DNA of 63,866 nucleotides from a virus (Duplodnaviria; Caudoviricetes). Position numbers and translations under genes: made by a program. A model generated the notes under the pieces. It saw only the letters and a program-made list of their open reading frames with translations. It was not told where the DNA came from and did no database searches. Positions within the stretch are counted from its first letter, which is position 1, and every line of letters starts with the position of its first letter. Location of the stretch: the IMG/VR virus record IMGVR_UViG_3300037421_000079, positions 1 to 63,866 of that record; one strand, written 5' to 3'. Of the stretch, positions 1-9,209 are shown in pieces.

Positions 1-127
1 CACCCGGAGCATGAGGTGGACGACCTCGGGCTCGCACCACGTGGTCCCGTTCGCCTGGAACTCGTTGACCATGGCGTCGTCGGCCCAGAAGCCGGGATCG
101 TACGACATGTCGAACTCGACGGTGCGG
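1..127. repeat. Terminal direct repeat, copy 1 (circular assembly overlap)
   Basis: 1-127 identical to 63740-63866. Confidence 0.97.
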
Positions 128-187
128 CCGAGGGCGGTCATGGAGACGTGGAGGGAGTCGGTCACGATGGTAATTTACTGATTTACA

Positions 188-610
188 TCAGCCAAACAAT
201 TTCCCGAGCGCCCCCACGATCCTGGCGCGCGACTTCTTGGCGAGGGTTTGAAGTCGCGCGGCGATTATCTGGACGACTGCGGCGTCGTCGGGCGTGAGCC
301 CCGCAAGCGCCGTGATCGCGGACCCGATGTCGAGCTTGACTGTCTGGGGGCCTCGCTTCTTGCGTCGGCCGGTCGGCGCTTCAGCGGCAGGCGCTTGCTT
401 GCGCGGGCGACGTGGCCGCGAGGCATTCTGCTGCTCGACGGCGGCGACCTGCTGAGCAGGCACGCTCTGCGGTTCCCGCTTCTTGCGGCCTTTCTTTGGC
501 GCTCCACCGCGCGTGCGCTTCGTTGGATCGTGCGGCGGGTCGCCGGCTTGCCCGCCAGAGGCGGGGGGCGGGCTGGGCTTGAAGTTCTCGAACAGCGGCT
601 CGTCGGACAC
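188..610 (-). CDS. Basic hypothetical protein, possibly DNA-binding
   Basis: GTG at 610 with AGGAG RBS; K/R-rich patches (KKGRKKR, RRKKR). Confidence 0.7.
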   Translation of the reverse strand: MSDEPLFENFKPSPPPASGGQAGDPPHDPTKRTRGGAPKKGRKKREPQSVPAQQVAAVEQQNASRPRRPRKQAPAAEAPTGRRKKRGPQTVKLDIGSAITALAGLTPDDAAVVQIIAARLQTLAKKSRARIVGALGKLFG

Positions 611-664
611 TTGGCTGATCTCCTGTTGGCCCCAGAGGGGGATTGTCCTGATCACTACGACACA

Positions 665-796
665 CTACACAGGTTCGGGCGGTTTGCAAGCGCAAAGCCA
701 GTTCATCAGCACGGCCCACGACGAGTGGTGCCCGAGGTCGGGCGTGGCGATGTTCCAGCCAAGCCGCAGATAGTCAAGCACACGATCGTGGGTCAC
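665..796 (-). CDS. Small hypothetical protein (43 aa)
   Basis: Hand-translated MTHDRVLDYLRLGW...WLCACKPPEPV; GTG overlaps the pre-insertion stop of the upstream gene. Confidence 0.5.
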   Translation of the reverse strand: MTHDRVLDYLRLGWNIATPDLGHHSSWAVLMNWLCACKPPEPV

Positions 797-815
797 GTAT
801 CGGTAGAGTATGTGG

Positions 816-1088
816 CATGCCTATCCGGTTTAGACACACAGTCCTACATCTTGTGTTCAGCCGATTTCGCTCTCTCGATAAGCCAGCGCGACTGTTTGAG
901 CGAACAAAGCCAACGCAAGCATGCGACTTACTTCGGATGGCGCGTTAGCCTTTCCATCTTCGGCGATTTCGTGGAGTTTTTCGGCAACGCGCCCCCAAAC
1001 TCTAGCATGGTGTGAGGCATTCATCGTCCTTACCTCCCTCAACATTTAGTAGGTCTCAGCGTTTGTGTGTGTTAACCGGATAGGCATG
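816..1088. mobile_element. Non-autonomous IS1595-type cassette A (273 bp) with one passenger gene
   Basis: IRs CATGCCTATCCGGTT...AACCGGATAGGCATG; 8-bp TSD GTATGTGG at 808-815 and 1089-1096. Confidence 0.92.
857..1045 (-). CDS. Passenger gene of cassette A (start may be ATG 1024)
   Basis: ORF fills the cassette; GGGAGG RBS before the internal ATG. Confidence 0.65.
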   Translation of the reverse strand: MLREVRTMNASHHARVWGRVAEKLHEIAEDGKANAPSEVSRMLALALFAQTVALAYRESEIG

Positions 1089-1325
1089 GTATGTGGGATA
1101 TCGCTTCTCGGCTTCCTCGCGCGCCTTTGTCTCGATGTCGACTCTCGCCCGGAACCCAACGAGGTGATCCATCAGCCAAGCAACACCTTCTAAAAAATAT
1201 ATCTGCTCGGCTCTTTGCTTGCTGATTGGCGGCAAAATCTCGCGCGGCGACACTGCACGACCCTCACGAGCATCGAACACATAATCGTCGTCGAGCTTAT
1301 TTCGTTTAAGTCCTTGCTCGCTCAC
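1056..1325 (-). CDS. Hypothetical protein; C-terminus altered by cassette A
   Basis: GTG overlaps the polA stop; ends YPTY+HAYPVNTHKR (YPTY+STDT if the cassette is removed). Confidence 0.6.
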   Translation of the reverse strand: MSEQGLKRNKLDDDYVFDAREGRAVSPREILPPISKQRAEQIYFLEGVAWLMDHLVGFRARVDIETKAREEAEKRYPTYHAYPVNTHKR

Positions 1326-3190
1326 TTCTCGTACCTTTCTGACAGTTCGCCTTCGCACGCCAGCGGGATACCGGGCAGCCACACGGGCTCCCTGACCATC
1401 TCGGTCTTGCACCGCTCCAGGTTGACCTCGGCATCCGGGCCTTTGGGGATCAGCACCAGCAGCTCGTCGTGCGGGATATTGAGGATGTGGAACCCCATGC
1501 GTTTGATCCGCACGGCCGCCTGGGTGACGATCAGGCGGCTGACGGCCTCGCACAAGTTCTGGGTGAGCTTGCCGGCGTGGAACGTCTTCCAGCCCGCCCG
1601 CGTGCGCACGCGCCAGTAGCCGTCGCGCTCGAACGGCTTGAGCCGCATGGTCTCCAGCTCCTCGGGGGTCGGCACGTGGTACTCCAGCGTGTCGTAGATC
1701 AGCGGGCAGCCGCCCGGCAAGTATACGCGCTTGTCGCGGATGTGGAAGATGCCCCAGTCTGTCGGTGGGCCGCCCGCGATGCGGGCGATCATGCGACCGG
1801 CGGTGCGCCAGAAGTCGGTTATGCGGGGGGACGAATCCCGGTAGGCGTTGCGCCAGCGCAGTGCGGTATCCAGCTCGATCTTGACGGGCGGGCCGTAGAT
1901 GCCGAGTCGGGCAGTCTTCTGGATCGACTCGGCACCCGCCATGTAACCGCACGAGAGCTTCAACTGCTTGCCGGTCCCACGCTCCAGCTTCATGTCGGGC
2001 GTGACCGGGTAGCCGTACGCGATCGACGCGAGGTTGACGTACGGGTCGTCGCCGCGGCGGAACTCCTCCAGGGCGTCCTCCTGGCCGGCGAGCCACGAGA
2101 GCACGCGGTACTCGATCTGGGCGAGGTCGACAGGCGCGAGCCAGTAGCCCTCGGGCGCCATGACGGCGCGTCGCAGGGGCGACGCTTCCTTGGGACTGTC
2201 CTCGTCCTTGCGCTTGAAATTCTGCCAGTTGGTCTTGTCCCCGCCTGAGAATCGAAGAGTGCCGGCACCCGCGTACAGCAGGTAGACGGGCAGCGGGCCG
2301 CGCCGGGCCGCCCACCCGAGCGTCTCGCACCTGGTCTGCAACATCGTTGATTTGAGGCCCAGGCGAGCCTCCGCGAGCCCTCGCACGCGGTCGTCCTCGT
2401 CGTCGAGCAGCGCCTGCATGAACGGGTCGTTCTTGGCGAACGCCGGGATCGGCCCGTTCTTGCCGTCCTTGTACTCGATCTCGACGCCCTCGGCCTCCAG
2501 CAGCGCCTGGAACTTGGCGGCCGACTGCAGCTCTGTTGGGTCGACCCCGATCTGGTCGACGAGGTCGCGCTTGCGGTCGCGCTCGCGCTCCCAGGTCCGG
2601 GCCAGCAGGTCCACGTCGGCCCGCAAAGCCGGTTCGCAGAACATGTCCATGACGATGTCGATGACGGGCAACTCGTCGCGCGGGAAGCCCTGGTTCAGCA
2701 ACAGGCCGAATATCCTCCAGATCGACTCGACCTCGTCGCACGCGCCGGCCGCCACCTGCTCCTGGACCTGCGGGGTCATCTCGTGCCAATGCTTGCCCCT
2801 GAACAAATTGTAGGGCGTCTGTTTGGGCGCGATGCCGAAGTGCTTGCGCACCGCGTCGAGGCTGACTGACAGGTGGTTGCCAAGCAGCAGCCGGGCCATC
2901 GCGAGCGTGCAGCCGCGCATGGCGGGATGGACGCCATAGTGGTGCGACAGCGCGAGGCCGTCGAACTGGTGGTGATGGGCAACGAGGAACACGTCCGACC
3001 AGTCCTCGTCCCGGGCGATCTGCCGCCACTGCGGCTCGGTGTACCAGCGGGCGTCGTGGTCCTTCGACCACTTGACCGCGATCCCGTGCATACAGAAGCG
3101 CGGGTCGCGGATGTAAGATTCAGTCGTCATCTTGCTGAGCGAGAAATCGTCCGAGTAGAACGACTCAAGGTCGGCGACCACGAACCTCAC
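1322..3190 (-). CDS. polA: Family A DNA polymerase with 3'-5' exonuclease domain
   Basis: Exo DLES and FDG; motif A DLAQIEYR; motif B RGTGKQLKLSCGY; motif C HDEL. Confidence 0.93.
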   Translation of the reverse strand: MRFVVADLESFYSDDFSLSKMTTESYIRDPRFCMHGIAVKWSKDHDARWYTEPQWRQIARDEDWSDVFLVAHHHQFDGLALSHHYGVHPAMRGCTLAMARLLLGNHLSVSLDAVRKHFGIAPKQTPYNLFRGKHWHEMTPQVQEQVAAGACDEVESIWRIFGLLLNQGFPRDELPVIDIVMDMFCEPALRADVDLLARTWERERDRKRDLVDQIGVDPTELQSAAKFQALLEAEGVEIEYKDGKNGPIPAFAKNDPFMQALLDDEDDRVRGLAEARLGLKSTMLQTRCETLGWAARRGPLPVYLLYAGAGTLRFSGGDKTNWQNFKRKDEDSPKEASPLRRAVMAPEGYWLAPVDLAQIEYRVLSWLAGQEDALEEFRRGDDPYVNLASIAYGYPVTPDMKLERGTGKQLKLSCGYMAGAESIQKTARLGIYGPPVKIELDTALRWRNAYRDSSPRITDFWRTAGRMIARIAGGPPTDWGIFHIRDKRVYLPGGCPLIYDTLEYHVPTPEELETMRLKPFERDGYWRVRTRAGWKTFHAGKLTQNLCEAVSRLIVTQAAVRIKRMGFHILNIPHDELLVLIPKGPDAEVNLERCKTEMVREPVWLPGIPLACEGELSERYEK

Positions 3191-3567
3191 AGTCGCGTCT
3201 CCGCGAGCGGCACCAGTCGGTAGCCACACGAGTACGTGGACTTCACGTCGTAGCCTAATTGCCGAAATGCCTTTCTGGCAAAACACGCATAGGAATGCAG
3301 CACCTTGGCGGGTGCGTCGCCCGCGTACGCCTGTCCCAGGACGCCGACAATCAGGACTTCATAACTAATCACGCTGGGCATCGCGCGCACCAGCATGTGG
3401 GCCATCTCGGCCACCCTCGGCATCGTCTTGATCTCGGTGGCGCCGTCCGAGATCAGGTTGTTGTTGAGATCGACCAGCAGGCGGGAAGCCGGCAGGAGTT
3501 GGCGGCAACAGGGGCAGCGGGCGACCTTCGGGGGTCGCGCGGCAGTCACGACGGCGCGCGCGAGCAC
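3187..3567 (-). CDS. Winged-helix (OmpR/PhoB C-terminal-like) DNA-binding protein with CxxC
   Basis: CPCC followed by VISYEVLI...VLHSYACFARK...YSCGYRL pattern. Confidence 0.6.
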   Translation of the reverse strand: MLARAVVTAARPPKVARCPCCRQLLPASRLLVDLNNNLISDGATEIKTMPRVAEMAHMLVRAMPSVISYEVLIVGVLGQAYAGDAPAKVLHSYACFARKAFRQLGYDVKSTYSCGYRLVPLAETRL

Positions 3568-3568
3568 G

Positions 3569-3655
3569 TCACTCCCCCCTGAGCGCCCGCGGAGAGAGGC
3601 GCCAGACCAGCAGGCCAATGATGGCGCCCGTCGCGATGGCAGCCAAGATGCTCAT
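3569..3655 (-). CDS. 28-aa membrane peptide
   Basis: GGAGAGG RBS; MSILAAIATGAIIGLLVWRLSPRALRGE. Confidence 0.5.
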   Translation of the reverse strand: MSILAAIATGAIIGLLVWRLSPRALRGE

Positions 3656-3683
3656 GAGTCCTCTCCGTGTAGTAGACGGTAGT

Positions 3684-3780
3684 ATCATTATTAGCAAAAT
3701 CTAAAGCGCCGCGTCAAGGGGGTCGGCGGGAAACCGCAAAACAAATCGTATTGACGGGCGGGCGGCGCGGGCGCAACATG
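3684..3780. promoter_or_regulatory. Divergent sigma70-like promoters (polA operon / primase)
   Basis: TTGACG hexamers on both strands (3712-3717 minus, 3751-3756 plus); TAATAAT on the minus strand. Confidence 0.5.
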
Positions 3781-3922
3781 GTTTCGCCGTTGCGAAACGG
3801 AAAAGCCCCCGCTCGATGGTGCGAGCGAGGGCGGGTCCGGCACGGAGCCGGAAGGCGGTTTCCGAGGTGGTGCGAACAGCCCCAAGGTAGCCGCTCGGGC
3901 AGCGAGCGTCAAGGGGCAGCAG

Positions 3923-6184
3923 GTGCCTACAGCCGACAATCCACTGCTTGAAGCCGCGCTCCAGTACGCCGCTCGCGGCTGGAAAATTTTTCCTCTAGTT
4001 CCGCGCACCAAGCGGCCCGCCATCCGGGGGTGGCGGCAGAAGGCTACCAGCGACCCGGACCAGATCGAGCGGTGGTGGGGCGCGCGGCCGGACTACAACG
4101 TCGGGCTGGCGACCGGCGAGTCGTGCCTGGTGGTGCTCGACCCGGACGGCCCCGAGGGGCTGGCCGAGTTGCACCGGCTGGTGGGCCTGCACGGGCGCCT
4201 GCCGCGCACGCTGGCGAGCCGGACGCCCGGGGGCCATCACTTGCTGTTCCGCGGGTCCGGCGTGCGCTCCACGGCGCGCGGAGACCTGCACGTGCGGGGC
4301 GAGGGCGGGCTGGTGGCGCTGCCGCCGTCGATCCACCCGAGCGGAGTGGCGTACCGGTGGGTCGACGCCAGCTGTCCGATCGCCGACCTGCCGGCCTGGG
4401 TGGGGGCGTGGCGGGCGAGCCTGGGCGGCAGGGTCGAGACGGGACCGGACCTGGGCGCCTTACCGGCTCACCTCGTAGGGCTGCAACGCCGATCGCCCGC
4501 CCGGATCGGTGGAATGTGGTCGCTCCACGAAGAAAGTCGAATACGATCGGCGCTGCAAAGAGTTCCGGCCGATTCCTATCAATCGTGGCTCGAAGTCGGA
4601 ATGGCGCTGCACAGCCTCGGATGGAGTCGGTCAGACGGCACCGATATAGGCTTGGAAATCTTCGACAATTGGTCCGCGACGTGCAGCGAGAAATACAGCC
4701 AGGCGGCAGCCGAGGAAAAGTGGAGCTCATTCGAGCAATCCGGCAGGAGCGGCATACAGATAGGCACTTTGTTTCATCTCGCCGAGGCGCATGGGTGGCG
4801 AGGTGAAGTATTAGTTGATAATAATGGTCACAAGCCATTGAGCCAACAACAAGAAAGCGAGGTGATCCCACATGACCGAATCGGGTCGCATAATGCCCAG
4901 CCCCACGGAGGAGTGCCGCCCCCCGTGGGGCTCTTCGCTGGGGCGCAGGAGGCCGCTGGCGCGCTCGAGCCGGCAGGGGCACTCAACGGGGCGCACGCGC
5001 TGCCGGCCGAACTGGCGGCCGCGCCAGCGGCGGGAATCGTGTTCCCGGACGTGACCCAGAAGGGGAAGCCGGCTGGGACGCGCCACAACGCCATGCTGGC
5101 GATCGAGGGGCTGGGGATCGAGTGCGAAGAGGACACGTTCCACGAGGCGTTCGTGGTGGGCGGGCACTCGCTCGGGCGCCTAGTGGGGGAGATCAGCGAC
5201 AAGGCCATCCACCAGCTGCGCGACCTGATCCGGCGCGTGTTCGGCTTCGAGCCGGGCGCCCAGAACGTCCGGGACGCGGCCGAGACCCTGTGCGTGCAAA
5301 ACCCGTTCGACCCGGTGCTGGACTACCTCGACTGCCTGCGGTGGGACGGGGTGCGGCGCATCGACGCGTGGATGGCGGACTATCTCGGGGCGCCACGGGA
5401 CGAGTGGAGCGCGGCGGTCGGGCGGTTGATGCTGGTCGCCGCGGTCAGGCGCGCGCGCCAGCCCGGCGCCAAGTGGGACCACGTAGTAGTGTGGGAGGGG
5501 CCGCAGGGCGCCGGCAAGTCCCACGTGCTGGAGACGCTGGCAGGCGAGGAGAATTTCAGCGACATGCGGATACTGGGGCGGTCGGAGGAGCGCCAGCACG
5601 AGGCAGTGCGGGGGGTGTGGATATACGAGATCGCGGAACTCGCGGGGATGAAGCGGGCCGAGGTCGAGCACATCAAGGCCTTCGTGACGCGGAAGAAGGA
5701 GAGCACCAGGACGGCCTACGCGCACTACAAGACCCACGACCGGCGCCGCTGCATATTCGTGGCGACCACGAACGAACTGCACTACCTGAAAGACGACACC
5801 GGCAACCGACGATTCTTGCCGATCCGCACGGGAGTCATAGATTGGGCCGCAGTAGCGCGCGACCGCGACCAGCTGTGGGCGGAAGCGGTCGAGGCCGAGC
5901 AGGGATACGGGCCGCTGGTGCTGCCGCACGACGTGCGTTCGCGGGCGAGCGCCGAGCAGGAATCGCGGCTCGTGCTGGACGATTGGCGGGACGTAATCGA
6001 AAGGTGGATAGGGGATAAAACAGAGACCTCGATCGGCGAAACGGTGGTCGGCGCGCTCCACATGCAGGTGCGGGAAATCGACCAGATTTGTTCCACGAGG
6101 ACCGGAAGGATTTTACGGCAACTCGGATTCACGCAATATCGCAAACGCGACGGGGAAAGCCTGTCGTGGCGGTTTAGGCGCTAA
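3923..6184 (+). CDS. Bifunctional primase-polymerase + PriCT-2 + VirE/VapE helicase
   Basis: N-terminal GWKIFPL...NVGLATG...VLDPD...TPGGHH; PriCT-2 YQSWLEVGMAL; Walker A GPQGAGKS; DDTGNRRF. Confidence 0.92.
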   Translation: MPTADNPLLEAALQYAARGWKIFPLVPRTKRPAIRGWRQKATSDPDQIERWWGARPDYNVGLATGESCLVVLDPDGPEGLAELHRLVGLHGRLPRTLASRTPGGHHLLFRGSGVRSTARGDLHVRGEGGLVALPPSIHPSGVAYRWVDASCPIADLPAWVGAWRASLGGRVETGPDLGALPAHLVGLQRRSPARIGGMWSLHEESRIRSALQRVPADSYQSWLEVGMALHSLGWSRSDGTDIGLEIFDNWSATCSEKYSQAAAEEKWSSFEQSGRSGIQIGTLFHLAEAHGWRGEVLVDNNGHKPLSQQQESEVIPHDRIGSHNAQPHGGVPPPVGLFAGAQEAAGALEPAGALNGAHALPAELAAAPAAGIVFPDVTQKGKPAGTRHNAMLAIEGLGIECEEDTFHEAFVVGGHSLGRLVGEISDKAIHQLRDLIRRVFGFEPGAQNVRDAAETLCVQNPFDPVLDYLDCLRWDGVRRIDAWMADYLGAPRDEWSAAVGRLMLVAAVRRARQPGAKWDHVVVWEGPQGAGKSHVLETLAGEENFSDMRILGRSEERQHEAVRGVWIYEIAELAGMKRAEVEHIKAFVTRKKESTRTAYAHYKTHDRRRCIFVATTNELHYLKDDTGNRRFLPIRTGVIDWAAVARDRDQLWAEAVEAEQGYGPLVLPHDVRSRASAEQESRLVLDDWRDVIERWIGDKTETSIGETVVGALHMQVREIDQICSTRTGRILRQLGFTQYRKRDGESLSWRFRR

Positions 6185-6390
6185 TGTTCCACGGTTTTGC
6201 GTGGAACAAGCTGAGATATGGAACGCCGTAACCCCTTGATGCTCCATGGTTGTTCTATGTGTTCTATGTGTTCTATGCTTTTAGGATATAAAGTAGAGAG
6301 TAGAGAGAAATACGTAGTAGGTAGTGCATATTATTACAGTGGAGGGGCCTCCCTGGAATCGCCCTGGAACACACGGAACACGTGGAACAA
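6185..6390. other. Putative replication origin (iterons flanking an AT-rich core)
   Basis: TGTTCTATG x3 (6251-6277); GGAACA x3 with 9-bp period (6366-6389); IR TGTTCCAC/GTGGAACA (6185-6208). Confidence 0.7.
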
Positions 6391-6393
6391 GGG

Positions 6394-6603
6394 CTAGGAT
6401 CGCCAGCCCCATTGCCCCACGATCTCGGCGCCGCGGTGGCGCACGTTGTGGTCCGCGCAGGCGGCGCACACGCGGATCGCCGGATCGTTGCGGCCCTTCC
6501 AGCGGATTATGCGTACGGCAGGCTCGTTGCACGGTGCATAGAACGGAATCCCGAGCGCGGCTTCCTCGCAACAACCTTCCTTCGCTTTTAGATTCGGGTT
6601 CAT
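6394..6603 (-). CDS. Cys-rich hypothetical protein
   Basis: ATG overlaps upstream stop; CC...C...CAAC. Confidence 0.55.
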   Translation of the reverse strand: MNPNLKAKEGCCEEAALGIPFYAPCNEPAVRIIRWKGRNDPAIRVCAACADHNVRHRGAEIVGQWGWRS

Positions 6604-6854
6604 TTGGTCCAACTCCATTGGTCGACGGACGGGACGTTGTGGCGGCGCAGGACCGTCGCGGCCAGGCAGGCGAGCTTGTAGCGGCGCCAGGCGTAGGGGG
6701 CGTGCGGGCGGTTGAGGGAGTTGCGGCCGCGCTCGAACAGGTGGACGGCCTCGCGGCTGTAGCCAGTGAGGGCGGCCAGCTCGTCGAGGGTGAGTCCGAG
6801 GGAGCGGCGCCAAGCCTTTGCCTTTTCGCTTTCCGTAGTCATGGGTTTAGGCAA
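6600..6854 (-). CDS. XRE-family HTH protein
   Basis: WRRSLGLTLDELAALTGYSREAVHLFERG. Confidence 0.85.
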   Translation of the reverse strand: MPKPMTTESEKAKAWRRSLGLTLDELAALTGYSREAVHLFERGRNSLNRPHAPYAWRRYKLACLAATVLRRHNVPSVDQWSWTK

Positions 6855-6863
6855 GGGTTACTC

Positions 6864-7046
6864 CTACACGCGGACCAGTATGCGGTGGACGTTGCCGTCC
6901 TGGGCCACGATCAGCAGGCGGCGGTTCTGCTCCAGGCAGGTCAGCTCCAGCTCGTCGATCGAGCGGGGGAGCGCGTCGAGGTCGGCGCGGGACGCGGGCT
7001 CGTCGAGGCGCAGGACTGAGTCGATGTAGACGCGGAGGCGGGTCAT
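6864..7046 (-). CDS. Hypothetical protein
   Basis: ATGA coupling; GGAG RBS. Confidence 0.55.
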   Translation of the reverse strand: MTRLRVYIDSVLRLDEPASRADLDALPRSIDELELTCLEQNRRLLIVAQDGNVHRILVRV

Positions 7047-7255
7047 TTCGCGTGCTCCGCCCAATAGCGCAACGTGAGTTCGTCGGGCGGCACGTAGCGC
7101 ACTACCTTGTAGCGCGAACCCTCCCCGTTGCGGTTCATGCGCTTGGCGATGCTGGTTAGCTCCAAGTAGGGATATCCGATCGACGATTCGATGTAGTTGT
7201 GGCCGGGGAGCTGGCCGGCTTGATACCAGGCGATGGCCCATTTGCGTTTGGTCAT
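7043..7255 (-). CDS. Hypothetical protein
   Basis: Coupled ORF in operon. Confidence 0.6.
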   Translation of the reverse strand: MTKRKWAIAWYQAGQLPGHNYIESSIGYPYLELTSIAKRMNRNGEGSRYKVVRYVPPDELTLRYWAEHAK

Positions 7256-7497
7256 ACGCTGCCCTCCACGGCGTAGCGCGTGCCGCCGTCGATCGTGGTC
7301 AGGCGCTCACCCGGCTTGAGCGTCGGCGGGCCTATGTGGATCGAGCCTTCCGACAGCTTGCGCTCCACGGCGGCGCGCGCGTCGACCTCGCACTCTCGAT
7401 AGTAGCGCACGGCCTTCGCCTTGCTGACGAAGTGCGCGGTCCCGACTCGCTTGCGCAGGTTCGCGAAGGCTTCCGCCTTTTCGGTTTTCGTCGTCAT
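7252..7497 (-). CDS. Hypothetical protein
   Basis: AGGAGAG RBS. Confidence 0.7.
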   Translation of the reverse strand: MTTKTEKAEAFANLRKRVGTAHFVSKAKAVRYYRECEVDARAAVERKLSEGSIHIGPPTLKPGERLTTIDGGTRYAVEGSV

Positions 7498-7625
7498 AGC
7501 AGTCTCTCCTTTGTGGGACTTGCTGGTTGCGGCTTAAGATTGCCAAACAGCTCGCCAGCGGCGGGCAAAAATAGCCTGAGGGAAAAAGTCCGCCGCGCAT
7601 TGGCGCACGGCGGCAGGTTGGGGGT

Positions 7626-8264
7626 TCAGGAAAGGTTGCCGTATTCGTCAAATTCGTATTCATTGCAGCGAATGGATTCGTCCACTTGCGCATCCGCGTC
7701 GACCCATTCGTACTCGGCTTCGAGCTGTTTATAAATCCAGTCCGCGAAGTCGCGCATGAGCTGCGTTACCGCGTCCTCAATCTCGCGCCAATCCTTGGCG
7801 TGCGATTCGGCATCATCGACGGAAACCTCCATGCATCCCGAATGGTAGTAGTGGCCGCGGTGCCGCATGGTGGCGGTAAGCCGATAGAAGGATTTGCGCT
7901 GCAAAGCCTGCAATTTGTCGGCAATGCGGTGCAGTTCGGTATCCTTCGGCGCGTAGTCGCGGATTTTCTTGGCCGCGCCCTTGGCATAGCGATAGTTGCC
8001 CTCGAAGCACGCGCCATCTCCCTGTGACCAAAAGCCCGAATAGTAGATGCAGGGATTATGGCGCGTTCCACCACCCATGAGTTTTACCGGGCGCGTGCAC
8101 AGGTCGATACCGAGAATGTCGGCGCACGTTGCCGCATCGTCATAGGTGCAGCTTGTGTCGTGATCCTGCGTCTCGCAGTCGCGCCACCACTGGCGCGCTT
8201 TTTCCTTGGCCTGGTCCGACAATTCGTCGAACGTGTAGACCGTTCTTTCCTGAATGTGCGGCAT
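7626..8264 (-). CDS. Conserved alphaproteobacterial mobile-element protein (often labelled antitoxin of toxin-antitoxin stability system; function unproven)
   Basis: VYTFDELSDQAKEKAR...SGFWSQGDGACFEG...HRGHYYH...NEYEF recognised from memory. Confidence 0.75.
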   Translation of the reverse strand: MPHIQERTVYTFDELSDQAKEKARQWWRDCETQDHDTSCTYDDAATCADILGIDLCTRPVKLMGGGTRHNPCIYYSGFWSQGDGACFEGNYRYAKGAAKKIRDYAPKDTELHRIADKLQALQRKSFYRLTATMRHRGHYYHSGCMEVSVDDAESHAKDWREIEDAVTQLMRDFADWIYKQLEAEYEWVDADAQVDESIRCNEYEFDEYGNLS

Positions 8265-8304
8265 GTGAACCCCCGTCGCTGGCCCGCGCCGTGCGGGCAT
8301 GGGT

Positions 8305-8405
8305 TACGTATGACAGGATACTATGAGGGCGTCAAGGGGGGCGATGAAATTTATTTTTGGGGGAGGGGTTGACTCGTGGGCTGGGGATATAGTATAGGAT
8401 AATAT
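8305..8405. promoter_or_regulatory. Divergent promoters
   Basis: TTGACT...TATAGTATAGGATAAT on plus; TTGACG on minus. Confidence 0.55.
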
Positions 8406-8445
8406 ATGCCTGCGGTGGTCGTGGGCGGAGAGGTAGGGGGAAGTT

Positions 8446-8802
8446 ATGAAAACGGTGGCAGACATACTCCGCGAGGCGCGCGCCTTAATCGCGGACCCGG
8501 AACATTGGACGCAAGGCCACTACGCCGAGTCGTTTGATGGCTGCGAGGTTCCGGCCACTGACCCGATGGCGTTTCGATTTTGCCCGCTCGGTGCTGTGCG
8601 CCACGTGGTCAACGTTTCGTGGGGCGAGGAATGCACCGAATATGCCGACGCGGAGATTGAGCTGCACGTTGCAGCCCACACTGTTGATAGCGATTTCGAG
8701 ACAATCGCGGAGCTGAATGATTTTTTCTATAGCGATGCCGGGCATCGCTACGTTATGCGGGCTTTTGATATCGCGATCGACAACGCAATGGGCGGTCGTT
8801 GA
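8446..8802 (+). CDS. Hypothetical protein (DUF6197-like)
   Basis: ILREARALI...WTQG...FCPLGA...ND...V...FDIAI pattern. Confidence 0.65.
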   Translation: MKTVADILREARALIADPEHWTQGHYAESFDGCEVPATDPMAFRFCPLGAVRHVVNVSWGEECTEYADAEIELHVAAHTVDSDFETIAELNDFFYSDAGHRYVMRAFDIAIDNAMGGR

Positions 8803-8825
8803 TTCGCGACACGCCGCGCTAGACT

Positions 8826-8855
8826 TCGCCTGCCTCGCGGCGGGCTTTTTCTTTT
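8826..8855 (+). terminator. Rho-independent terminator
   Basis: GC hairpin followed by TTTTTCTTTT. Confidence 0.65.
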
Positions 8856-8934
8856 CGCTAGGGACTTGACTCGTTAGTCGCGTTCGTAGTAGACAATACT
8901 ACAGCGCAATGGAGCGCGGTTTATGGGGGTTCAC

Positions 8935-9189
8935 ATGACGCGGCAGGAAATCGAGCAGGAATACAAAGTCGAGGGCGGCAGGATCGTTTCGCCTGGCAAG
9001 TTCGAGGGTGAAGCGGTCTACGTGCCGTATTTCTGGGGAGCGTTCTTAGACGGCATGGCCGATCGGGATGACGGCACAGTGCTGGGTTTCGACGTGAGCG
9101 CCGAGGACAAGGCGCAATTCCCGGAGCTGAAGCGGCGCCGCACTGTCAGGCTTTTGCAACGGGATGACGGTTTCGTTTGCGAGTGCTGA
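8935..9189 (+). CDS. Hypothetical protein
   Basis: Own TTGACT promoter, RBS and terminator; SPGKFEGE. Confidence 0.75.
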   Translation: MTRQEIEQEYKVEGGRIVSPGKFEGEAVYVPYFWGAFLDGMADRDDGTVLGFDVSAEDKAQFPELKRRRTVRLLQRDDGFVCEC

Positions 9190-9209
9190 TTCGTTCTTCG
9201 CGCCCTCGA

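Noticed and set aside
1-127. Biological direct terminal repeat
   Set aside because: The length matches a common assembly k-mer and it falls mid-gene, so it is more likely an assembly overlap.
1056-3071. 671-aa alternate-frame ORF overlapping polA, and many similar Arg/Pro-rich long ORFs
   Set aside because: High-GC off-frame artefacts; only the distal 1056-1325 part looks like a real gene.
6251-6389. Mini CRISPR array
   Set aside because: 9-bp tandem units without spacers fit iterons better.
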